Positions 48,885 to 64,000 of a stretch of 64,000 nucleotides of DNA are shown piece after piece. Positions within the stretch are counted from its first letter, which is position 1. The number at the start of each line of letters is the position of its first letter. The stretch spans positions 124,001-188,000 of the forward strand of contig MU057711.1 in NCBI GenBank assembly GCA_013265495.1, in the 5' to 3' direction. The notes beneath the pieces are model-generated. The model was not told the origin of the DNA and searched no databases. It was given only the letters and a program-made list of their open reading frames with translations. Source of the stretch: Vicugna vicugna. Its lineage: Eukaryota. Position numbers and translations under genes: made by a program.

Positions 48885-49085
48885 TCAGCTCTGCCAGGAT
48901 CTAGTCCTAGCTCTGTGTTCTTACTATCTCTGATCTTGAGCAAGTTGCTTTACATTTTTGAAACTTGGTTTCTTTCTCTATAAGAATAAGGATAATAAAA
49001 CTTATCTGGAGGGATTATTATGAGGATTATATAAGATGCTATATGCAAAACACTTGATATTCAGTAGCTGCCCAATACACTTTAT
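48885..49085 (+). mobile_element. MIR SINE
   Basis: tgatcttgagcaagttgcttta..ggtttctttctctataagaataaggataataa..tgaggatta. Confidence 0.7.
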
Positions 49086-49799
49086 TTTTCATCTTTCCAA
49101 AAAATCATGTCTTTTACAATGTTGCTGGTGTGTATTTAAGAGTAGAATTTACAAAAGCAGACAGTGTTGCTTATTTCTTTCCCTCATTTTGATATTTACC
49201 CTCATAGTAGCCATTTGATTAAGAAAACTTGTTATGCTAAAATGCAATTAGATGAAATCAGATTACCCAGAATCTATCTCTCATTTTAATCTAAGTCCAT
49301 TTCTTTTTTGTCAATAATCATACAAATCTGAAGCAATTGTTTCTGAAAGTTTCCATGGAAACTTCTGTCACGCAGCAAGGAGACCAGTCATTATTTTACG
49401 TATAGTTAGAAGATATTTTGTGTTACGTTGGGTGTGTAGTGGGTTCCGATCAAGTAAGGTGGAATTTTCCGAAGAACTTGTAAATTGTATCTTGCTGGGA
49501 GCTCTGATCTCTTCTTACTCAGTCCTGCCCTGTAATCTTACAAGATTTAGGAAATAGAAGCTATATGATATGGCTTAACTCCCTTGACATGAATCTCATT
49601 GACCTTAAAGCATACTTTCTTTCTGTGTCATTATCCTCAGCAAAGATGATTCTTCAGATTTTATAAGTGAAATGATTTCTTGAAGAGTACAATGGCTCGT
49701 CTCACTGCTTTAGATGTTACAAAATACTCAAATTGTGTATCCTAAAAACTCTTTTTTCCTCTTGCTGTTTTCTTTATCTTCAGTCTTCTGTGAAGCCAG

Positions 49800-53165
<3,366 letters not shown>

Positions 53166-53817
53166 GCTTGGAAAATCATATTACTTATCATACCATAGTC
53201 CTTCCTGCCCCTTTTGATACTTAGTGTTATAAAGTGGTTAGTATATGGACTTTAGACTCATAAAACTAGGCTCAAATCCCAGTATGAAACTATGTGAACT
53301 GCTTTTGCACCTACCTTCCCTAATTATACAGTAGGAAATAAGCGTATATCCTTCGTAAGTTCATTTGTGAGGATGAAATAATGTCTGTGAAGTACGTAGT
53401 GATTATAATGGTACTAATAATAACAATAATGGTTATGTTGATGATGACAAAGGTGATAATTTCAGTAGCTAATTTTTATTGAGTAATACGTGACAAGTAG
53501 TATTCTCTTTAAATCTAATGGCAGACCTATAAGACTATCTCCAGCAGAGCTATGTTATAAGACTGTCTCTGTTGAAAAACCAAAATACAAAGGTAAGGTA
53601 ACTTACATAAAGTCACACAGCTAGGAGATAAACTCAGCCAGAGCCGTTGCTCCCAACCATTGCAGCCTTCTTCTTCAGCATGCATAGTGCCTAGTAGTCC
53701 ATCAATGAATGACAGATTATTGTTTGCTTCTTGGCGATATTCACTGCTCTTCTCTCACTCGTGTCAAATTAGCTAATGTTTATTGGACTTAGGATATTGT
53801 GGAATGTTAGTAATAGA

Positions 53818-53973
53818 CTTGTCCCTCTGTACCCGTGGGTTCTGCATTCCGTGGATGCAGAAGGCTGGCTGTACTATGCCATCTTATATAAGGGACTTGA
53901 GCATCCACGGTGTCCTTGACAGGGGTGGTGTAGTGGAACCAATCCCCCATGGTGGATACGAAGGGCTGGCTGT
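53818..53973. mobile_element. MER2-like Tigger MITE
   Basis: ccctctgtacccgtgggttctgcat...gggacttgagcatcc...ggaaccaatcccccatgg..gatacgaagggctggctgta. Confidence 0.75.
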
Positions 53974-56595
53974 ATATGATACTGGTCTTAGTGAGCTCAT
54001 AGCCCGATGGGACTTTTTGCAAAAATTAAGCTGACTTCATTGCTTTTGCATACGTACAATCTCTAACTCTCTCCTGGCCTCTTATAGTTGTTTCCTACTT
54101 AACTTTGCTGCATATAGGTATCACCTCCTGTTGTATCACCTCTCTAGCCAGTCTGTTCTTCAAGTTCTTATCTGGGTGGTTCTAAAAGAACTGATCCTGT
54201 TATTCCCTTGCTAAGCACCAGCTGTCAGCTCTCTATTCCTGCAGGATTAGCATGGGACTTCAGAGAAGGTGTCCCTGGAAGTGATGTTTGAGGTGCAGGA
54301 GGCAATAGGAGTCAAGTCAAAGGTTGGGATGAAGTGGATTCTAGGATAGAATCTTGGGGATACAGCTGAATATTTGAGGACAATATCATAAAAGGATAAA
54401 GCACTGAATGACAGCAATAGGAGGGACAGGATGGCTGGGAGGGGCAGGGCATTGGGAGCCTTTAGATATGGAAGAGAAAGTTATTGAAAATTTGAAGTAA
54501 TGAAGTAATAAAGCCTGAGTAATAATTTATGAAGATCCTTTGGCTGTTCTGTAAATAAGCTGGAAAGTGATGAGAAGGCAGGAAGCAGCCTAATGGCAGA
54601 GGCCAAGCGCTATATGTCTTGATCTCTATGTTTAACAGCTAACCTAGTGCACGTTGCTGGGCATATGGGGCACTCAGTCCACATTTGATAATGAATGGCT
54701 ATGAAAGTTCAAATATTGACTCTGTCATCAGTCTGCATTCGTAAAATGTGGCACCTTGATTATGCTTTAGATTCTATCTACCATTTATAAGGTCTCTTTG
54801 ACTCAACAAGGTAGCTTTTAGAATGTGGCCCAATATAACAGAAAATTTTCTGTGTGTTTATATAGTAAATTCTTATAGATCTGTATCTTATTTTTACATC
54901 ATCAAGATGATCTCTGTCCGTATTTTAAAGTGGCAGATTGACTGTTCTATTTCTGAGGAATAATCTGCAAAACCACACAAGGTGCTGCCATATTTGCTGA
55001 AAGAGACAGATATTTGATTTACCTGTTAAAAGATAAGAATTTGTGGGAGATATGAAGATTTTGTTTGTTTGTTTTTATTGGTAAACACTTGTGCGGTTAG
55101 GACATGTCTTCTGTGATATTTTTGAGTCTTGAAAATAGACCCAAAATGGATTTGAAAATAATCCCTGAGTAGAAAACAAATAAAAGAAAATTGTAACTGC
55201 ATGTTAAATATACTTGGTCTGGAAAATTTGGTGAATGCTTTGTGATGTTCATTACAGTTTTCTATGATATGTTTGTAATAAATTCACACTTGTTTTCATT
55301 TTTGTCATATTAGGCCTTGGTTGCCTTGATTAGAAGTGGTTTTAAAAAGATGAAAACGTTGCTATTTTTAATATTACTATTTGTTCCTTTTTCTTCCTAC
55401 AGATTTTGTTTCTTTTTACCAACAGTGATACGACTAAATCTTAGTCCTTTAAAAAGAACTATTCTTCGTTTTAATTTCTTGATTTCGTAGCTTCTCTTTC
55501 AGTTCATGTTTCACAAGTTTCTTGAGGGGGTTGCTTTTTGAAGATGAACAAATATGAACATTAAGTGACTTCTAGAACCAGTCAGAATCTTAAGTGTATA
55601 ATTAAAATTGACCATTTTTATAGGTTCTTATATGTGTCTCATGTGTTCTTTATTGTCTTTCAGAATATCCATCATTAGTTTTTGATTTATTATACAATTT
55701 TTTAAAAGCTTATTGTTGTAATTGTTGTACTCCCTTTTTTATAAATAACCTCACACTATTTCCCTGGCCTTCCTTTTCAGCCATTTAAAATTCAAATCTT
55801 ATAGTTAAGAACTAAGTATTGGCAGATACATAGGCCCTGATCATGGGTATGATCGAGTATGAATGTTATTATTTGTATGATGGACCAAGTCGTATTGCTA
55901 ACGCTGTGAATGTAGACTGGCAAGGACAGGCACAGGGTTCTGGGTTGGGCATTTGTGCTTTGGGCAGTCCGTTATATATGTGTTCTCTTCCTGTTGTGTT
56001 TTGAACACATACTCTGATTACATCAGGTGCTTAACTTGTATTCTTTACTGCATTTCTATCCTCCAGCAACTGAACCAGTGAAGCATTTAAATTCTTTTTT
56101 TTTATTTGGTTAAATTAATTTTTGAAGTTTGGTCATAAATATTTGATGGTTGATTATAAATCATCAGTATGTCAAAAAGATGACTGGCTTGCTGTAGCTT
56201 TAGTCAGGGGGCTGTTTTTTCCATAGAGCTTTCAGCTTATAGGGTAGCTTATTATTTTTTATTATTTTAAAATTCTTTTTATGTTTGTTTGTTAGTTTGT
56301 TTATTTATTTATTTATTTTTTGTAATTTACACCTAAACTTTTAACAGCTTCTGATTTAGGATGATTTCAGTTTCATCTTTTTTTTTTTCTTTCTGTATTC
56401 TGAGTATGTTTCCATCACAAATTTTATCTATGTAACCAATGGCAGTTGTACGAATCTAACACTTGAAAAATTAAGGGCAGTGGACTAAACCTCTAAGCTT
56501 ACTGTGGTCTTTGATTTTAAATGTTTTGATAGAAACATTTCCTGACATATTTCAAGGATGGAAATTTTGACACAGGTCTTAAGAAGTGTACATGC

Positions 56596-56617
56596 GTGTG
56601 TGTGTGTGTGTGTGTGT
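56596..56617. repeat. (GT)n microsatellite
   Basis: About 11 GT units. Confidence 0.9.
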
Positions 56618-57649
56618 TTCTATGTATATAATTTGACCACAGACCTTGCTGTTTTAATGCAGGTGGCCTTACCATATCCTCTCTACTTAAGCAAACGCAA
56701 TATATTTAATAAGTTTTGAAGAGCAGAGCATTCTATGGCTGAGTGATTTCAAAGTGGACAACACTGTTAGATTTTGACCAGTTTAGAGCTGTGGATTTGG
56801 TTAGGTGACTTTGGAAATTCGTGCTGAGAAACCTGAAACTCTAGAGGAAATGCACTGTATATCATTAATCATTAGGCTTTGCTCATGACAAAATGTAGCA
56901 TATACAGCCATGCCCCATTGGGTGACATTTTGAATTTTCATACTTCTAAATACATTTTTTAAACGTGTTTTATTTAAAAATAATTGTTTTAAAAATCTTA
57001 TTTTTTTAAACATAATGTCACCTGGTATTATGCTAGGCACTGGTAGAGAGCATTAGTCATTTCTGTTGATATTCTTTCTGCTTTGATGGGATTTTTTTCT
57101 ATTCAATTTGAGTCCTTTTTAAATATGGCTGATATAAGCTAGTTGATTTTAGAACTTTACCTTTTGTTTTGTTTGTGTTAAAACACCTTTTAAATAAAAA
57201 ATGCTTTTTAAAAGCATTTTCCATGTTAAATGTCTTTCATAAAGAGGTATTTTTTAAAAAATCCAAAAAAATAAAATATGAGCTTTTTTCCCTTAATTTA
57301 TATATTTCTAAGAGTAATTATCTTTGCTTTGTGGAATCTTAATACGAGTTTTTATCTGTTTCTATCAGTTCAGAGATCTGTGTATTTGGATATGTTATCT
57401 TGTTTTCATGGAAATGCACATTGGTGCTCAGTTAATTTGTCCTACCACTTAATCCCAATTCTCAGTTGGCTTGTATCTTTGATAAAAATCATTTACTCAG
57501 TGACCACAAGGATTAAAAAAAAAATCCTAACAGGATGTAAAGTTAATTATTATTATTTGAAGGAATAAAAAACTATTTGAAGTTTAGAAGTTATCACTAG
57601 ACTGTTTCCCCTCCTGTATTGCAGTATATGATTCTGATATTTGTACTCA

Positions 57650-58372
57650 AGACCTGTACCAAATTTAAGCCTTTCCTCAGTCTAATTTTTCTACCGTTTA
57701 GATATTACTTGAATATTCCCTCTCCTCTGCATCCCTGCTGTCACTGTCTTACTTCAAGGCCCTAGGATGAATATTTTAACCAAAAGTGGGTGCCTGGGGC
57801 TCACCACTTTTCTGCAGTCTTTCACACTGCCAACAGGTATCTTTTACAGTTTAGATCATATGATGCCCTTTCATAAGCCTCCCCAGTGGCTCTCCATTAT
57901 TCAAAGGATAAAATGCAAACCTGGAATCTGCTGTTTAGCATCCTTCACTGTTGGACTTCTGCATACCTTTCCACTCTTCGTCTCCCACTTATGTTCTCTG
58001 CTGCAGTGATACTAATCTATCTGCAGTTCCCAGACAGGACACTCTTTCTGGCTTCTGCACCTTTATCATTAGGTTCCCTCTGTGTTAAACAGCCTTTCTC
58101 TGTAAACTTGATGCACTCCCATAATTTTTTGTTCTGTTCCAGTGATCTCTTATCTTTATGTGTGTTCTGACAGCCCCCTTCCTCTGCATCCCAGGCTTCA
58201 GTTAATTTCTCTACTGGTTCCCATGGCCCTTTATACATGCTTCTTTTATCTCTGATGTCATTTCTAAGTTATGAAATTGTTCAGATCGGAGACTGAATCA
58301 GTTGTAAGTTTTTGTCAGTAGCCCCTGATATGGGGATTGGTGTTGGGGACTTGAAGTTGAATGAATTAATGA
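57650..58372 (+). mobile_element. LINE-2 relic
   Basis: cacactgccaacagg..tagatcatatgatgccc..ccagtggctc..aggataaaatgcaaac..gttgaatgaattaatgaat. Confidence 0.6.
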
Positions 58373-59734
58373 ATCATGCTGAAAGAATTAGTGCAATTTC
58401 GAAACAGAATGGAATTCCCAGCACTAATCATTGTCTAATCATTTCACCTTTTAATCTGGTAAATAAAATTTGGTGAATTTATTTTCCAGCTGTTTGTGAA
58501 TGAGAACATATTTTCATACTAAATACGTTTCCTCCACTAGGCAAGTCCAAAAAGATTCAAATTCAAAAAGCAAGCATAACAAAGCAAGATAGTGACTATA
58601 GTGTGTAATAACTTTATGACTTGATGAGGGCACTCTTGATTGTTTTTTAACTGTGGACAGCATCTCCAGGGCCAAACTGCATGGCTCTGACTTTCTCTGC
58701 CCCTTGCTTAAAAAGCTTGAACAGTCTCTGTGTACTGATTTTTACTTTCCCTAAAGGGAAGATGGAAGAAATCACATAGATTATTCATCTACATTTTTAT
58801 CAAAATGTAAGTCATTACTTTTTTACACATAGGGAAGATCAACGCTTTTTAATAGGCCTTGTCTATCACAGTATAGACGTTACCTATGATACCAAGAAAT
58901 TTGAACTTGGCATTTAAATTTCAGGAATGTGGTATTGAAGGAGAGCAAAATGATACACTTTTAAATGTAGTATGAAATATTAGCTTTTTAAATCTTGCCT
59001 TCTGGAGTAAGTTTAAACTTTTCAGAATAAAAAATGATAAAAAAAATTTTTTCTGTAAAAGTATGAAACACATTGCTCATAATACGCTAGAGAGAAATCT
59101 GTGTTTTCATGTTAGACCTCATCAGGTCATAGCCTAGCAGTAATTATGTATTTAACTTATAGGAGAAAGCTCTTTTTATTCTTGTGCATTGCAGTTGTCT
59201 TGAACTATGAGCAAAGGAAATGAAATCTATGTAAAGGACAGATTCACCAGGTACATGATGACTGAAACAGTTCACTTTCACAGCTAACATGGACAACATG
59301 CAGTGATCAACACAAGAATTACTTGGAAAACAACTTAGTGTTTTTTCAAACATTCCCTTGGAAGCAGGTTATATACTGTTGTGAATCTGTAATATTTTGA
59401 TAATAAGAAATGAAATTTTCAAGAGAAGTCCTGAAATAATAACTATATACTCATCTTTTTTGTTTTATTTTATGTGAAACAAACAAACAAAGCATGCTTC
59501 AGTGTTTAATTTCTAGCTCTTCCTCTTGCTAGCAGTGTGTGACTTTGTTTTCATGAGCTTTCCATTGCTCGCGACACATCTTTTACCTATCTGTCACTTA
59601 ACCTCAGTTATGGTCGTGGAATTGGATTTTCCTAAGACAGCAAAGCTGCTATTTGATTTTGATCCCTTCTTCTCTTCTGACCCCTCCCCTCTCTTGTTTT
59701 TTATAAGATGGAATAACTACCTCCATAGAGCCCT

Positions 59735-59860
59735 GATCTCCTTAAAATGCAGATTCTGATGCAGCAGGTCTGTGACGCAGACTGACAGTCTGCAGTTGTA
59801 GCAAGCTCCCAGGCGAGACCCTGCTGCTAGTGGATGGGATGCACTTTGAGGAGCTAAAGT
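59735..59860. mobile_element. MER5A-like hAT MITE fragment
   Basis: taaaatgcagattctgat..agcaggtctg...caagctcccagg...gcactttgag. Confidence 0.7.
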
Positions 59861-61944
59861 CTGTCTGTAGCACCATACCTACTGAGCAGCAGTCTTTTGT
59901 AACATCCTCACGTTTTCTCTGTCTCTTATTTTAGACTCTAGGGCTTGGGCTCTGAATTAAGTATTCTAATGTTCCCAGTCTTGAACTTAGTCTTTGAATA
60001 AATACGTCATTTTTGGCATCCCTGATTCCCATTAGGCATGACCCGACTTTCATTTCTGTTTGTTACTAGGGCTGTTTTATAGCCTCCTTTCACTAGTGTG
60101 GCCATCTGCCTTTACCGATTTGCTGGTCTACTCCAGGCTCTGATTTTTGGCCTGGATTTACCTGGACCAAATTCTTTTGTTCAGCTGCCCCATGGGATTT
60201 GGGTTGCCAGTTCAGAACTCCTGCTTTGAGCCCATTGCTGTACATGAATAACATAAGTGAAATTTTCCAACAGATGTTACTGGAAATGACTGGGTGTTAT
60301 TCACATTTCTTTCTAGTGTCTTTACCACACATTATTTCTTTAATTATATTTGGTGATCCCGTCTGTGCCCAGAGGATGTTGTAGTCTCCATTTCAGGAGG
60401 CAGTTCTGCTTCAGCGTGTCATGATTACCTCCATTTTCAGGGGGTTGCCTAGACAATGGGATGGAAATGAGAGGCATATTGGAAGTTAAGTTTATTTTCC
60501 TCTCACTTTAGTTTATTTTCTACAAGTATTTCTTTGAGAAACTGAAGTACTGATTGCTTGAAAATCTTTGTGGAGGCCCGTGATGATGATGGTGGTGGTG
60601 GTAATGGTGGTGAGGTGAGGGGGATCTCGCTTCTTTCACATCTCAAGTAGCTTACCATTTAAAGCAGAATGATGCCAGTAGACACTGCTGAGAAATCTTT
60701 TTTTTTCCCCTAGGCATCCTTGTAAGATAGAATTCAGCAATCTTATAGAATGAACATAAAAATGAGGGTAGGCGCTTCAAGTAGTAGATACAGTTGTTTA
60801 AAAAGGAGAGGAAACAGCAAACAGTCTTCAGATTAAGTACTGAACACTAGCAAGCTCGAGGCTGATTTCCACTATAGTTCCATGTTACAGTACAGTTCAG
60901 TTTCATTTGCAGGAGTATAAGCTGAATACCCTAAATATACATTGTCATGACTCTAGTTTTCATTTCAATTTTTTACTACAATGAAATTCTTATAACTAAA
61001 TTAATAATGCAGATTAAAGTACAACAGAATTTTAATAGTCTTAGTGTTCACCCAGAGTTACATTCTTTCAGTTTTGTATGACATAAAAAACTAATAGCCC
61101 ATAAAAAATATGGCAAAGTTAAGCTGTATTTAGAGTAGACATGAAAAATTTTAAGATAGAATAGATGGTCTGAATAGTGTATTGCTTGATAAATACATTC
61201 AGAACTTAATGCCTATTATAGAATTCCAGTTCTGTAATATTAAATGTATGTGTTATAAAAGTAGGTTAATTTGTATTTTAATATCTTCCTTATAACATGG
61301 ACATGGCAGCCTAATATGCATCCTATACTTCTTAACGACAGATTTGATTCTGCTCCCAAGGGTCTTGAGTTAGCTTTGTCTCCCCACAGAGATGGTGTGG
61401 GTTTTTTGGGGATGTTTGACAGTTGGCCCTAATTAGACTTGTAGGTTGTTAGTGAAACTGAGCTCTGAATAGTCATGCTTCAGAAATAAGTATTCATTTT
61501 GATTATAAAGTTTTATTGGAGACATGTTAGCGTCACTCCTAGGTAGCACGGGGGTCACGTTTTAGTGGAACTTTTCTCTGTCTTCCCCCTTAAGTAGCAC
61601 TCCTTCCTCTGGCATGGTTAGAGAAATGGTAATCTTGGTTTCCTGGGCTTCTGCATATAGACACTAAATTATGTATAGCAACCCAAGAGTGCTGTAATAT
61701 CACGTTTACAGCTCAAAGTCCACTCAGTTATCTCTTTGCTGTTTCTTAATTACTGATTTTTTTAAATTGCAGATTTAAAATCTCTATGTGGGGCATCATC
61801 CTTGCATTGATCAGAATGATTCTGATGTTAACCTGACAAAGCCAATTAGTCAAGAATTCCTTGATTTCTTATTTAGTGATCAGTCCCATGTGAAGTGCTA
61901 CAGGAGATTCAAAGTCTGAGGATGGGGAAGGGAAGACAATCAGT

Positions 61945-62145
61945 AGTTAATGTACACTGTGCCAGTGCTTTGCTTAAAATATTTCATTTAAGTCTCACAA
62001 CAATCCTGTGACATTAAATAATTTTCCCTCACCATACAGATGAGAAGACCTAGCTCAGAGAGAGCCCAAGTCCAGAAAGTCTTGAAGGATATAGCTGTGA
62101 TTGTAGCCAAGGTCTGTCTGTTTTCACAGCCCATGTTCTTTCCAC
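61945..62145 (-). mobile_element. MIR SINE
   Basis: tttcatttaagtctcacaacaatcctgtga..tacagatgagaagacctagctcagagag. Confidence 0.7.
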
Positions 62146-64000
62146 AGCCTCTTAGGTATTATGACAGTCTTTATCCAGGAATTTCTTTACGCTCTGGGGG
62201 GTGAGGAGAAGGGGCGGCGGAGAGCAGGGAGACCTCTCTTTTACCTGATTGAACCTTGGGAACCTTATTCAAAACAGAGCGAAAGATGGCTTCTAAAAGA
62301 TATGATTGGATTGTATACAAGAAAGTTTGGTCAGTTGTGATTTTATTGCTAGTGGATCTTCACAAAAGTCAGTTCATTGACACAGACTCTCAGGACACTC
62401 TTGGAGCAAGTCACCAAAGTCTGAGGCTGTAGCACATAGAAAATGACAATGCTGTCTCACCCTGTTTCACTTGGCCAGTGATCTAAACTTCACTGTATTT
62501 TGATGAGAATAAAATTAACTAGCATTTATTGTCTACAAACTCTGTACTGACTTTCAGAAGTATTTCTAGGTTTATTCTGGTTGTGAATATTTTTATTCCT
62601 AAGATTAGCTTACTTTGCTGATTCATAGTTTATTGTGATTTTTTTTTGATTAACATTCAAAACTTCCTCTATTCATGGTTACCCTACACAGTGTTATCAA
62701 TGAAGTTTATAATTAGCAGTAATAACGTTCATATTAAATGCACTGCTGAGCTCTGCCAAGACAAGAAATACAGATCAGGCTTCATCAAAATGCTGAATAG
62801 CTTGAAAGTCTTACGTCTGTAGGACTTGTGTTGAATAACATATGACAGCAAAATGCCTAATACTATGTTTTTATCACTATAATAACAGAAGACATAATAA
62901 AATTAAATATTTCTTTTAAAGATTGGGAATGGTGTACAGTGAACTTCTTTTTTCCCCTCCATGTGATTCACTAATACTTAACTAAGATGCTATCAGTTAA
63001 GTCTTAGAAGTTGGAATTTAAGATTTTCCCTTGTAGTATGAGTTAATGAGTCTGAGTTTCTCTTGAGAAATCTTACATGTTCAGATTAGTATTACCCTTA
63101 ATATAGTGACTTACTTACAAGCTATATACATTTATTCTAGTGATCAAATCATTTTTAAGTCATATCCTTTTATGATTTCATTCAGATCCTCTTTTGTGAG
63201 CAATAGAAGAACAGAACAGAATAGATGAAAATGGAATAGAACACGTTGAATTACTGAATGGTCACAGCTTAGGTTATTTATCAGTGAGTCTTATTTTACT
63301 TCCTCTGCTCTGATGAATCATCTTATTCATTGGTGCTGATTCCGAGTATCTGTTGGCATAATATCAAAGGATATTAATTCCATTTGTTCAATAAATATTT
63401 ATTGAGTATTCGCTGTGTGCCAGGCACTGTTGGCACTGGGGTTAAATAGTGAATGAACCAACTGTTGCCGAGAAGTTTTAATAACTGTGCCAAGTTTGAA
63501 TGCATTTTTTTCATAAAGGGAATTCCAGAAACTTTCTAGAAATATTAGAATTGTTGGAATAAAGCTCTGACTTCACAGAAGTCACACACATCCATGGTAT
63601 ATTATGGCAAGGTACTCTACTGGACTTTAAATAAGAAAAGAAAATGAAACAGCTAATTGAGTGATTGGTATTCATCAGGTCAACACATGAAGCATCAACC
63701 AAATTTAATATCCTTAAATAGATTTTATAGGCTGTGCTCCTTCCTTAAAGGTCACTGGAAGAACTTAATACCTTTTTATTAAAAATAAAATGGGAACAGT
63801 GGAATGGCCTTTTCACATCTTATTTGGATAAGTTGAAGAGGCAAATTTTGCCTCATTTTTATGAAGTTGTGTTATTTTATATTTGCCACTTCATATTTTA
63901 CATTTAAAATTTGTTTCTTACTCAACTTGCTGTGCCAAAACATAGACTTAAAAAGTTGAGGGTTCAGATGAATTGTGATAATAAATTGGAATTAAGTAAG

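Overview
Mammalian genomic DNA, most likely camelid (alpaca/llama/camel), inferred from two short tRNA-derived SINEs resembling the camelid vic-1 family. The window centres on a CpG-island bidirectional promoter (~43.0-44.5 kb) shared by two head-to-head genes whose start codons are 312 bp apart. ITFG1 lies on the minus strand: coding exons 1-6 are found with GT-AG boundaries and a continuous reading frame (219 codons), and exon 7 onward appears to lie beyond the left edge. PHKB (phosphorylase kinase beta) lies on the plus strand: exon 1 and the alternative-N-terminus cassette exon 2 are present, and later exons appear to lie beyond the right edge. The rest is intron, dominated by transposon relics: a ~6 kb decayed L1 with TSD, a 5'-inverted (twin-primed) L1, an ERV1-type solo LTR nested in a MaLR, short L1 tails, L2/MIR, HAL1, DNA-transposon MITEs and a probable ancient CR1/L3 reverse transcriptase relic. 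Almost all listed ORFs are repeat-derived or chance. I found no convincing previously undescribed biological system. The most interesting observations are the uORF/reinitiation logic of the PHKB cassette exon, the slippage repeat at the L1 inversion junction and the CR1 relic. Repeat family names and comparisons with human proteins are from memory, and the boundaries of old repeats are approximate.
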